Below are positions 20,711 through 30,422 of a DNA stretch of 64,000 nucleotides, one piece after another; the first letter of the stretch is position 1; each line of letters begins with the position of its first letter. The notes under the pieces were generated by a model. The model ran no database searches. It was not told where the DNA came from and saw nothing but the letters and a program-made list of their open reading frames with translations. A program made the position numbers and the translations under genes. This DNA is from Alphaproteobacteria bacterium (lineage in GTDB: Bacteria > Pseudomonadota > Alphaproteobacteria > UBA828). The stretch covers positions 704,001 through 768,000 of the forward strand of contig OZ243972.1 in assembly GCA_965214705.1 (NCBI GenBank), given 5' to 3'.

Positions 20711-21500
20711 GTGTGTGACTCGTTCGTAGCGCTTGGCGATTCCACCGTGCGGGGTTCCGTGCTCCTGGCTAAGAGCGCGGATACCGAGGTCAACGAGGCC
20801 GAGCACGTCGTGCGTTTCGGGGCGCGGGACTATCCTCACGGCGCGCTCGTCCGCATCACCCATCTGAACATTCCGCAGGCCCGCCGCACCCACGAGATCA
20901 TCCTCGGAAAGTCCTTCTGGAGCTGGGGGGCCGAGCTCGGCTGCAACGAGCATGGCGTCGCCGTCGGCAACGAAGCGGCGTTCAGCAACCAGAGCGAGGA
21001 GAAGGACGGCGTCGTAGTGCTCGATCTGCTGCGGCTCGCCGTCGAGCGCGCGCGCAATGCGCGCGAGGCGGTAGACGTGATCGGCCACCATATCGAGACC
21101 TATGGCCAAGGCGGCAACTGCCAGATGATGGGCAACTACGCCTTCGATTCGGGCCTGCTCGTGGCCGACCGGAACGAAGCCTATGTGGTGAACGGGGCGG
21201 GCCGGCACTGGGCCGCCCGGCGTGTGAGCGGCGTCGAGGCGATCTCCAACCGCTATCAGGTCCGGGACGACTGGGATCTCTCGTCGCTGGAGCCCGAGAA
21301 CGGCGCGAAGCCGGACTTCCGCGCGCTGTTCGCCGAGGAGGCCTTGGAGGCGAGCTGCGGCGCGAGCGAACGGGAGAACGCCGCTCAGCGCATCCTGGAA
21401 GAGCGCCGAGGCGCGATTACCTTGAAGGACATGGCTGACATCCTCCGTCACGTGGGCGACGAGGACGCGTACGAAGTCTGCTACGAAGGCGGGCCGGACC
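20711..21500 (+). pseudogene. C69 family dipeptidase (secernin-like), 3'-truncated
   Basis: Starts CDSFVA...AKSAD, WGAELGCNEHGVAVGNEA, DLLRLAVERA. Family-like sequence stops near DILRH...EVC and the frame then runs into the next gene; the breakpoint is approximate. Confidence 0.75.
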
Positions 21501-21593
21501 GCTCGCGCGGAAATACGCGGGAATCCCGACGCTTTGGCGATTGTTTGGCGACCGGCCCGGCACCAGCCGGAGCCGCCAAACAGGGAGATCGCC

Positions 21594-22382
21594 ATGAAAT
21601 CGACGCTCTGCACCGTGGCCTTGGCCGCGGTCGCCACGCTTACGCTTGCCTCGTGCGGTGGAGGCGGTGGATCGCCAACCACGTCCGAGCAGCCTCCACC
21701 CCCAGAAGTCGGGGATCAGGATCAGGTTCCCGATCCTATGCCCGAGGTTCCTGGAAGCGACGACGCAACAGGCCAGATGCCGGACGATGACCTGATGGAG
21801 CCTCCACCGCCCCCAACGCCCGGCCTGGCAACGCTGACAGAGAGCTTGGAGACGTACAACAACTACACGTCGACGTCTCTTGCCATTGTAGGGGGGGATA
21901 TCGTCGAGGTTCCCCGCACCTACATCGACATCGGGAACTGGGGGTACAGCGCCACAGCAGCGAATGGCACCCAACTCTTCACCGCAACGTCTCAAGCTTC
22001 GGGCTCGATCACCAACGGAGAGCCCGACTATCAGTCCTACTTCTCCTCGGTGATCGGCTCTTGGAGCTTCTCCAACCCTGTCGAGGCCGGAGGATTGGCA
22101 ACATGGGCCGGCGGCGTGCGCGGCATCTCCGACGACTACAGGCGAGTGGAGGGCAAATCGAGCATCCGCTACCACTTCGGCGCCAATCTGGTTGATGTGA
22201 CGTTCGACCAGTTTGACGACGGCCGTGCGGCAATGCAGTGGCTTGCTCTGCCTGTCCTCATCGGGGGGTTCAGCTATGGTCTTCAGCTCGACGGCAACTT
22301 CTACGGCACCAATCACGAGGGCGTTGCCGGCAAGTTCGATCGCGACGACTTGCGGGGCGTCTTCGGCGCGGTGCGCCAGTAG
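21594..22382 (+). CDS. Surface lipoprotein with TbpB-like C-terminal beta-barrel
   Basis: Lipobox LASC followed by GGGGG, Pro/Asp-rich linker, C-terminus GNFYGTNHEGVAGKF...GVFGAVR. Confidence 0.75.
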   Translation: MKSTLCTVALAAVATLTLASCGGGGGSPTTSEQPPPPEVGDQDQVPDPMPEVPGSDDATGQMPDDDLMEPPPPPTPGLATLTESLETYNNYTSTSLAIVGGDIVEVPRTYIDIGNWGYSATAANGTQLFTATSQASGSITNGEPDYQSYFSSVIGSWSFSNPVEAGGLATWAGGVRGISDDYRRVEGKSSIRYHFGANLVDVTFDQFDDGRAAMQWLALPVLIGGFSYGLQLDGNFYGTNHEGVAGKFDRDDLRGVFGAVRQ

Positions 22383-22402
22383 CACGATCACGGGGGCGGA
22401 GA

Positions 22403-22912
22403 TCATTCTTCGCCCCCGTCGTCATCCTCGGTGGCGGGCGGCCTCTTCTTCACTTCCGGTGACAAATTGAGACTGCCCTCTAGGCCACCATCGAAATCAA
22501 CCGAAAGGCGAACCGGGAGAGCAAGCCGGTAGCTGCCATCGGCCATCGACACGATGTTCGTCCCATCAGGTAGCTTGGCGTAGGTGTGACCGTCGCTAAG
22601 CGGACGTTGAGGGAACTGGCGAATGGTCCCCTTCAAGCTCCGCACAGTCTCTGCGTCTATCGCGTTCCGAAGATGACGCTCGTGTTCGGCCGCTAAAGGC
22701 GAACCGTGGAAGTTGACAGTCTGCGTGATGGACGGTGTTCGATTTTCTTTTTCTAAGGCGTCAAGCCTCGCAAGAAGGCGCTTGCGCCCACCTCTCCCCC
22801 AAAGGAGCGTGCTGATCACGCCCACCCCCAAGGCGATGATACCGCCCGCCAGATGCCAGCCGATTTTGACGAGAAAGTCGGCGGTTGCCGCGTCCGCAAG
22901 ATGATCTTCCAT
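22403..22912 (-). CDS. Hypothetical protein with N-terminal transmembrane helix
   Basis: 169-aa ATG ORF, one hydrophobic segment, lower GC. Confidence 0.6.
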   Translation of the reverse strand: MEDHLADAATADFLVKIGWHLAGGIIALGVGVISTLLWGRGGRKRLLARLDALEKENRTPSITQTVNFHGSPLAAEHERHLRNAIDAETVRSLKGTIRQFPQRPLSDGHTYAKLPDGTNIVSMADGSYRLALPVRLSVDFDGGLEGSLNLSPEVKKRPPATEDDDGGEE

Positions 22913-22968
22913 CCCGTCATCATCGAGAATCCCCTCCCTCCCCGGGTCAACCTTTCTTTGTAATCCCC

Positions 22969-23437
22969 TTCGACTTTCTCGGCTTCACCCACGTGTGGGG
23001 ACGGTCGCAGCGAGGCAGGACCGTCGTTCGCCAGATCACCGCCAAGGATCGCTTCACCCGCGCGCTGAGGGCGGTGCACCAGTGGTGCAAGGCCGATCGG
23101 CATCGCCCGCTCGATGAGCAGCAGCGATACCTTGCGCGGGTCATCCGGGGCCACTGCGGCTACTACAGTCTGACGGGGAACAGCAAACGTCTCAGTGACT
23201 TCCGCTATTGGGTCATCCGCCACTGGCGCAAAGCGCTCGCGCGCCGCAGCCGAAAAGGGCGCGTGACCTGGGATCGCATGAAGGACATCCTCGACCGCTA
23301 TCCCCTGCCGCCGGCCACGGTCGTGCACTCGATCTATGCCGCCTGAGCGAACCTGACATGCGAGGAACCGAGTGCGGTGATCCCGCTCGCTCGGGTCTGT
23401 GAGGGGAGGGGCTCGGCAACGACCACTCCTACTCCGC
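22969..23437 (+). mobile_element. 5'-truncated group II intron (RT/maturase C-terminus plus RNA domains V-VI)
   Basis: FDFLGFTH (RT7) and maturase domain (RGH.GYY...GN, RRS.K...W) end at 23346; then GAGGAACCGAGTGCGGTGATCCCGCTCGCTCGGGTCTGTGAGGGG (domain V) and ...CCTACTCCGC (domain VI end). Confidence 0.9.
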
Positions 23438-23794
23438 CCGCGGTGTCACGTAAATCAATGAGTTAGCAGGCCGATTGGCGTCCAATCTACGTACCGATCA
23501 ACAAGCGGCTACCACGAGGCTGGCGCAGGCAAGCTAGTCTCCCGCGGCCTAGGCCATCGCGAACCCGCCTTGGGGTTGCGGGATTGCAACAACACCCTGA
23601 GCCTGAGGAAAACCACGCGATTGCACTCCCGGCCTCGGTCGCACGTTCGAATCTGACAGGCATTCCAAATACCATCGTGGTAGGCTGCAAATCTGGTTTG
23701 GGAAGCTCGCTATGCTTCTTTCCGGCGTGTTGGGCCAAATGTGGGGCTGGCGAGAGTTTTTCCCAAAAGGGTATTTGACTTCTGTAGGTTACGG

Positions 23795-23822
23795 GAGGGT
23801 TCGAATCCCACTCCCTCCGCCA
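23795..23822 (+). other. tRNA-Ser 3' fragment (att-like scar)
   Basis: GAGGGTTCGAATCCCACTCCCTCCGCCA is a T-arm plus acceptor 3' strand with CCA; no 5' half upstream. Confidence 0.75.
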
Positions 23823-23993
23823 CCCCTCTTCCGTAAGCTACTGTAATAGACGGGTTTGCGTTGATCGGGCTGCACGTCACCCCGTTCTTGTTCCCAAACT
23901 GAAGCCGGATTATTCGATATGTCCTGCCATCTCGCGGGGCGGTGACCAACGTCCCCGAAGAGTCTCGCAAGTCACCGAACGGGGTAGTGGATC

Positions 23994-25445
23994 ATGACGG
24001 TAGTTGTGGAAACCCGAGCCGATCTCACGCTGGAGGCCGCCCGGCGGGTGGCCTGGGAGGGCGAAGGGGTCGAACTCGGCGAGAGAGCGCTCGCCGCCAT
24101 GGCGCGGGGACGGGAGCGCCTGGAACGCATTATCGAGCACGATCCCGACGTCACCATTTATGGCGTGACCACAGGGCCGGGTCAGCTTGCCCGAAAGACG
24201 CTGACACCCGAACAGCGCGAGCGGTGGGCCGGCATGTCGCCGGCGCGGATCGCGGCCTCATGGGGCGATCCGTTGCCGGAGCGCGTGGTCCGCGCCATCG
24301 TGCTGGCGCGGCTGACCAACTTCGTGGAAGGTCATGCCGCAGTCTCGCCAGAGATCGCGCAGCGCGTCGCCACCATGCTCGACAAGGACGCGATGCCCAT
24401 GGTCCCGACCAAGGGCCAAGGCGGCGCCGGCGAGATCCTGTCGTTGAGCCATCTGTTCATGGGCCTCGCGGAAGAGGCGGAGCCCGCAATCAAGGACGTG
24501 ATGTGCCTGGTCAACGGATCGCCTGCGGCCACGGGCCTCGTGACAGATGCCGCGCTGGTCGCCGAGGGTCGGCTCGAGATCGCAGCACGGGTCTTCGCGT
24601 TCTCCTTCGAGGCCTTCAACGCGCCGCTCGACCACCTCGACCCGGCGCTCGGCGACTATTGGAACAACCCGCACGATCGCTGGGCGCTCGGGCACCTGCG
24701 TGAGCTGGTGGCGGGCGGTCATGGCGGGGACCGGCGCCCCTATCAGGCGCCCGTCAGCTACCGCATCCTTCCGCGAATGCTGGGTCAGGCCCGGCGCGCG
24801 GTATCACTGGCTGCGGAGGTCGCGGCTGAATCGCTCCAGGCGGTGACCGACAACCCGGTGTGGGCCGAAAGCGCCGACGACGATCAACCGTTCGGCCGCT
24901 TCGTCACGAACGGCGGCTACCACAACCCCCACGCGGTGCTCGCCATGGATGCGCTCACTGCTGCGTGCGTCAACCTCTGCGTTCTGGCCGAGCGCCACGG
25001 TGCGAAGCTTCTGGACGGTGCCGTCTCGTTGCTTCCCGACCAGCTGGCGGTTTCGGACGCCGACGGCGACACCCCGCGCCCTTACATGGGATGTCTGCCG
25101 ATGGCCCAGACCGGCTACGAGGAGGAAGCCCGCCTTTACGCCCAGGCCACGGTGTTGCCCGGTAGCGAATCGGGCGGCTTCGGCCAGAACGACGTGGCGA
25201 GCCCGGTGTTCCTGGCATGGTCCAAGCAGGATCGCGCCGGCCGGTGCCTCGACATGGCGCTCGCCAGCCTCGTGCCGATCGCGTTCCGTGCCCTTGACGT
25301 TACCGGCCGCCCCGTCCCCGCGCCGCTGGCCGAGCTCGAAGCCGCAGCCCGGGAGATCGTGCCCGACCCTGTGCAGCGCCCGGCATTCGGCCCCGTGGTG
25401 GCCGCGCTCGCCGACGCCTTGCGCCGCGATATCTATCCGTCTTGA
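23994..25445 (+). CDS. Aromatic amino acid ammonia-lyase (HAL/PAL) fold protein lacking the ASG MIO motif
   Basis: IYGVTTGPG, QAPVSYRILP, VTDNP, NGGYH, GQNDVAS; the MIO loop reads GQGGAGEI. Confidence 0.88.
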   Translation: MTVVVETRADLTLEAARRVAWEGEGVELGERALAAMARGRERLERIIEHDPDVTIYGVTTGPGQLARKTLTPEQRERWAGMSPARIAASWGDPLPERVVRAIVLARLTNFVEGHAAVSPEIAQRVATMLDKDAMPMVPTKGQGGAGEILSLSHLFMGLAEEAEPAIKDVMCLVNGSPAATGLVTDAALVAEGRLEIAARVFAFSFEAFNAPLDHLDPALGDYWNNPHDRWALGHLRELVAGGHGGDRRPYQAPVSYRILPRMLGQARRAVSLAAEVAAESLQAVTDNPVWAESADDDQPFGRFVTNGGYHNPHAVLAMDALTAACVNLCVLAERHGAKLLDGAVSLLPDQLAVSDADGDTPRPYMGCLPMAQTGYEEEARLYAQATVLPGSESGGFGQNDVASPVFLAWSKQDRAGRCLDMALASLVPIAFRALDVTGRPVPAPLAELEAAAREIVPDPVQRPAFGPVVAALADALRRDIYPS

Positions 25446-25524
25446 CGGAAGTTAGAGAGTCGCCCGCTCGCACCCCTTTTTGGCCCCGCCCATTTGTCGC
25501 AATGTTTGCACCGGCAAATCGACT

Positions 25525-26547
25525 CTACATCGTCGTCAAACCGTCTTTTCCCGGTGCATCGGATCGACAGAATGTGATTTCTGGCTCTCGGCTTATCCAC
25601 CGCTCCCTGACGCTTCTTAATTCTTTGCTTTCCACTTTCAGTTCTCCTGCCAGGTCGACGAGCACCGTCAGAAAACGTCTGGCACTGGGGTTCCTTTGTC
25701 CCGTCGTTGTCAGAAAAGCGTACAGGCCGCTTTTCGTCTGCAACCACTCATCACGAATTGGAATAAGACGGCCAGTCTCGAAATCGCTATTCAAATAGCC
25801 ATTCCAACCCAGGGCGAGTCCCTGTCCCCTCGCCGCAGCGTCCGTCAAGTGAAAGTAAATTTCGTGTTTTTCGATCGGGGCCTCCGGGGGCCGGCAGTTC
25901 TGTGACTTGAACCATGTCTCCCACGTTGTCCAACTCGCTCCCGCCGCGGTCCAGTCCAAACGGGGCACGCCAAGCCATTGAGAGGGATGTTCGGCGAGCT
26001 CCCGCCTGAAGCGCTTGAAATAGGAGGGCGAGGCTACCGGAACGACTTCTTCATCAAGTAGCCTCTCCGAATGTTGATTGCGGCAAACGGTCGAATACTC
26101 GAAGAACACGTCGACACCCACCGGCAGCAGCGAGGGAAGCATGTCGTATTCGCAGTTCAGTATCCGGAGATCGATGCTTTCATCCAGATGCCGCTTCAGC
26201 CTCGCGTAGAGTGGAAGCAAGATCATCACCGAAACGGCCTGCGTACAGCCTATCGTCACGATTGTGTTTTCGGCGTGAAGTTTGTCACTTGCGGCACGCA
26301 GGCTTTGAATCGATGGCTGTACAGAGGAAAAATAGTCTTCACCGGTTCTGGTCAGTACGAGACCTCGGCCCTTTCGTTCGAATAAGCGAACGTTTAGCGC
26401 GTTCTCCAGCTTACCGATGTGACGGCTGATTGCGGGGGACGACACCTCCAGCTCCTCGGCAGCATGAACTACGCTACCGAGGCGAGCGGTCGCCTCGAAC
26501 GCGAGTAGAGCGCTGGTAGAGGGAATGCCCGATTTGACGTCTTTCAA
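25525..26547 (-). CDS. LysR family transcriptional regulator (GcvA-like)
   Basis: LLAFEATARLGS...AAEEL.VS.PAISRHI..LE..L.V.LFER; TTG start inferred. Confidence 0.9.
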   Translation of the reverse strand: MKDVKSGIPSTSALLAFEATARLGSVVHAAEELEVSSPAISRHIGKLENALNVRLFERKGRGLVLTRTGEDYFSSVQPSIQSLRAASDKLHAENTIVTIGCTQAVSVMILLPLYARLKRHLDESIDLRILNCEYDMLPSLLPVGVDVFFEYSTVCRNQHSERLLDEEVVPVASPSYFKRFRRELAEHPSQWLGVPRLDWTAAGASWTTWETWFKSQNCRPPEAPIEKHEIYFHLTDAAARGQGLALGWNGYLNSDFETGRLIPIRDEWLQTKSGLYAFLTTTGQRNPSARRFLTVLVDLAGELKVESKELRSVRERWISREPEITFCRSDAPGKDGLTTM

Positions 26548-26730
26548 GGTGCCTCGCTGGTACTGTCCGATGTCGAGTCCTCTGAAGGCGTGTCGAACGC
26601 ACCCCCCCAATTCGTTGGTTAAACCCTATTCGTCCGGGCGCTCTCTGCCGCCTCCCAATTAGGGGGGACTGCAAGAATTGTCAGTAGCGTGGACGAGAGC
26701 GGAACGTGCCATTGTGAGCAGGCTAGGGTG

Positions 26731-27881
26731 TCATTGCCGCGCCAGAGGGAGGTCTCCCAACGACATAACCATTTGCACCAGATCCAACTGACGGGAGATG
26801 CCCAGCTTTCCGAACATATGCTTGATGTGCCAGCGGATGGTGCCTTCGCTCCGCCCCGTCTCGATGGCGATTTGGCGGATGGTGTATCCCTGAGCCAGCA
26901 TCACCGCCACGTGGCTCTCCGCCGGTGTCAGGCCGAGCAGAGCTTCCACCAGCGCCGGATCGATACGTGCCCGGCTCGCCGGGTCGACCACCAGCACGAG
27001 CGCGGCGACGCTGCTGGGACGCATGTCCGTCCGCTCGTCGCTTACGGGCATCGTGTGCAAGACGAGACCGGGCGAAACGACCGAGCGCTTCACCATCATC
27101 GTGCCGCTTGCACCTTGGCCACCGAAGCGCGGCAGTGCCCGACCCAATATTTTTGGAGAGCGGCGTCGTCTGCCGGTGTGCAGGCGCACAGAAGACCGTC
27201 CCGGTCTGACAATCCATCGCTCTTGCGCAGAATATCGCGGGCACGGTCGTTCGCGTCCACGATCCGCCCGCGCCGGTCAAGCTGGATGACTCCGAAACGG
27301 GTGTTCTCGAGCAACCCGATGACGGACGACCCCAGCGCGCGCGCGCTGACCAGCGACTGCCTGACCCGCACGAACTGACGAATGTGGGGCAGAAGACGCT
27401 CGATCGTCTCGATCCGGGCCGTCAACCAGCCGTCCCCGTCAACGGGGTCGGCAGTTTGCCAGCCGATGTGCGAACTACCCGGCCCGTCCAGACGTACGTT
27501 GAGGCCATTCTGGGTCTCGCCGAGCGGCATCGCCTCATTGAATGCCGGGGAGGTCTTACGCTCCTGGTCGGTGTAGAGCTCGGCGACACGGACCAGCCGG
27601 CTGTCGGGCAACTGCCTGAATCGAGGCATGCGTTCGTCGCTGGAGTGATAGACGTCGTAGTACAGCCGCTCGAAGTACTCGTTGCGCTCCCCGCGGTAGC
27701 AGAACCGTTTGAGGAGGATTTCGACTTCTTCCCGGGAGCGCCTCTCGCCGAACACCAGGAAGTTGCCCTTCGACCCTATGGCCTCGTCGATCAGGCCCGC
27801 AGTCGCCGGCCAGTGCGCGTCGTCGAGCGCTGCTTCGTGCAGCGATCCCAGAATGCGCTCAAACAGCTCTTGATCGCCCAT
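26731..27881 (-). pseudogene. LuxR-type HTH regulator with PAS-like domain, frameshifted
   Basis: N-terminal ORF (27096-27881) and C-terminal HTH ORF (GLTPAE..VA..LA.G...SEGTIRWHIK) join if one base is added to the 5-base run at 27150-27154. Confidence 0.8.
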
Positions 27882-28158
27882 GAGGGATCCGTTCTCACGG
27901 TCCATTTGTTGACGATGTTCTCTTGCCGACGATCTCCGGTCCGTCGGCTTTGGCGGGGGGCAACATTCAAACTTCGCTCTTGGCGAGCATCATTCTTCTC
28001 ACCTCCGCCGGGCCGGCCAGCGACGCTCGCAGCCCCGGCGGCATGGGCCAAAGCCCTGCACCCGTATCGTCCCGTTGCCGGCGAACGGACACAGCGCTCC
28101 AACCATGATCGATGGCTGCGCGTCGGACCAATGGTAAGCGGGCGCACGACTAGTGCCG

Positions 28159-28174
28159 CCTCCCAAATGGGAGG
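28159..28174. promoter_or_regulatory. Palindromic operator-like motif CCTCCCA-AA-TGGGAGG
   Basis: Perfect inverted repeat upstream of the LuxR gene; related copy at 26651-26666. Confidence 0.5.
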
Positions 28175-28532
28175 GGAAACAGCCAAAATTGGGGGGCTGC
28201 AACTTCGGCACGGGGTTCGGAGTGAAGGGCGCGTGCCGGAGTGAACGGTCCCAGGCTCGGGCGTCTAGCCCGCATTTTTCACCACGGTCGCGGCCTGCGT
28301 CGCGGCCAGGCGTTTGAGCCGCCAGGAGCGGGCCGAAAAGCGTATCAGGGAATACGGTTGAGGCCCGCAACGCCGCGGGCGGGCGCCTAGGCGCAACCCG
28401 AAGGGCGGCGCTCTCCGTCCGACAGCGTGCGTCACGGCTCTTGCCCGATGTCCCCGCATCGCGCTGCGCGCCGTTCCTACCCTGTCGGCCGGACAGAGCC
28501 GCGCAGACCATGACCGTGGTGAGAAATGCGGG

Positions 28533-29354
28533 CTAGTGCGACATCAGCACCGGTACGGTCATCTGCCGCAGGATGTCGCGGGTCACGCCGCCCAACAGCA
28601 CCTCGCGCATGCGGTGGTGGCCGTAGCCGCCCATGACGAGGAGGCCCGCTCCGAGATCGCTGATCTCGGAGAGAAGGGCGTCGCTCGCACCAAGGTCCGA
28701 CGAACTGATCGCGTGCCTGGCATCTGTGCTGACGCCGTGACGCGCGAGGTAGGTGCTGACTTCGGCTCCCGGAATGTGCTTGCCGTCGCCGGTGTCGATA
28801 CCGAGCACGATCACCTTGCTCGCCTGCTGCAAGAGCGGCAGCGCGTCGGCGAGCGCGCGCCTCGCCTCACGGGTGCCGTTCCAGGCGAGCATGACGGTCT
28901 CCGCATTCACACTGAAGGAGCCGGCGTAGGGCCAGACCAGCACCGGTCCCCCTGCTGCGAGCACCGCGCTGTCCGCCAGCCCTGAGATGCTGTTGTCGTC
29001 GTCAGGGTCGGTCTGGCCCACGATCGTGATGTCGGCGTAGTGGGCGCTCGTGGTGACGCCATCGACCGGGTCCCCCGTCAGCAGGCGCCATTCGGTCGGC
29101 GCCGTCGTCTTGGCCGTCCGCTGAGTGAATTGCCGCTCCGCCTCCTCGGCGCGCGCCCGTTGTTCGGTATCGAGCCGCTTATAGACCTCCGTGGAGAGCT
29201 CGAAGCTCGCGAAACCGGGGACGACGAGGCGAGGCAGCACGTAGACGCCGGTCACCCTGCCTTCATGCCGTTCGGCCAGCTCGATCGCCGCCTCCAGCCG
29301 CACCTGCGAGCGCTTATCCTGAGCCAGATGAACGACGATGTCCTTGTACGCCAT
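28533..29354 (-). CDS. Universal stress protein (tandem USP domains)
   Basis: YKDIVVH, AWNGTREARRAL.DALP, LVMGGYGH.R.RE..LGGVT...PVLMSH. Confidence 0.92.
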   Translation of the reverse strand: MAYKDIVVHLAQDKRSQVRLEAAIELAERHEGRVTGVYVLPRLVVPGFASFELSTEVYKRLDTEQRARAEEAERQFTQRTAKTTAPTEWRLLTGDPVDGVTTSAHYADITIVGQTDPDDDNSISGLADSAVLAAGGPVLVWPYAGSFSVNAETVMLAWNGTREARRALADALPLLQQASKVIVLGIDTGDGKHIPGAEVSTYLARHGVSTDARHAISSSDLGASDALLSEISDLGAGLLVMGGYGHHRMREVLLGGVTRDILRQMTVPVLMSH

Positions 29355-29442
29355 GATCAAGCCTCCTTCTCCGTACCGGCTCGTGCGTGACACCCGAGCC
29401 ATGGAGCGCAAGTCAGCCTAACGGGGTGACTGAGGGCGCGGT

Positions 29443-29456
29443 TTGACATGGGTCAT
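29443..29456. promoter_or_regulatory. Putative FNR/FixK box upstream of usp
   Basis: TTGA-CATGGG-TCAT, one mismatch to TTGA-N6-TCAA, ~90 bp upstream of the usp start. Confidence 0.5.
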
Positions 29457-29482
29457 TCCAGCCGTCGGCGCGCGCCTCATTC

Positions 29483-29770
29483 CTAGTGCGCCATCAGCAC
29501 CGGCACGGTCGTCTCCCGCAGGATGTCGTGCGTGACGCCGCCGAACAGCCGCTCGCGCAGGCGGTGGTGGCCGTAGCCGCCCATGACGAGGAGGCCGATG
29601 CCGTGATCGCCGATCTCGGAGAGCAGGACATCGCCCGTGTGGATGCCCAAGGAGGCCCGCGTGTGCCGAGCCTCCGCCCTGACTCCATGGTGCGCCAGAT
29701 GCGTGCTGATATCAGTGCCGGGTATGTGCCTGCCGTCGGACCTGTCGACCCCGAAAACGATTAGTGCCGG
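29483..29770 (-). pseudogene. Universal stress protein 3' fragment (paralog of the neighbouring usp)
   Basis: HIPGTDISTHLAHHGV...LLVMGGYGHHRLRE...PVLMAH; the N-terminal two-thirds are missing. Confidence 0.82.
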
Positions 29771-29957
29771 CGCGGGCTCGGCAGGGCTGACGCGGGCGCG
29801 TACGGCGGTCTGCGGACGCTGTCCGGGCGTCTGTCGCAATTGCCGCCCGGCTGTCATCTGCCGTGCCCTCTCATCGTCCTCTCTCTTTCCGACATGGTGA
29901 GAAGGGAACATCGGCGCAAGGCCGGGGCGATCAGGGTCGTGGTGAGTACACCGCCGG

Positions 29958-30422
29958 CTAGGCCGGTGCGTCGCGGGAGGGAACCTGGGCCAACGCCCGG
30001 CCGGCAAGCACGGTCCGCTCGGCGACGGAGCACGTGGTCTCGAACTCGACGCGCCGACGCTCCGGGATCAGGCGGTCCACCACCGCCCGTGCGATCACCT
30101 CGTCGCCGGGGCGGACCGGAGCCGTGAATCGGAGGGACTGCGAGAGGTAAATGCAGCCCGGCCCCGGCATCCGGGTGCCGATGACTGTCGAGATCAATGC
30201 TGCGGTGCACATGCCGTGGACGATCCGGCCGCCGAAGCGCGAATGTTCGGCAAAGTCGTCGTCGAAGTGGAGCGGGTTGGTGTCGCCCGTCAGGTCGGCG
30301 AAGAGCCGCATCTCCTCGTCGTTGATAACGCGCCCGTATTCTGCGCTCATGCCAATCTTCAGGTCCTCGAAGAAATAACCGAATCGGGCATCGCCCGGGG
30401 CCGCCTGGGCCGCCTGCTCCAT
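29958..30422 (-). CDS. MaoC family dehydratase (PhaJ-like)
   Basis: FEDLKIG, FADLTGDTNPLH, IVHGM, PGPG.IYLSQSLRF.APV. Confidence 0.92.
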   Translation of the reverse strand: MEQAAQAAPGDARFGYFFEDLKIGMSAEYGRVINDEEMRLFADLTGDTNPLHFDDDFAEHSRFGGRIVHGMCTAALISTVIGTRMPGPGCIYLSQSLRFTAPVRPGDEVIARAVVDRLIPERRRVEFETTCSVAERTVLAGRALAQVPSRDAPA

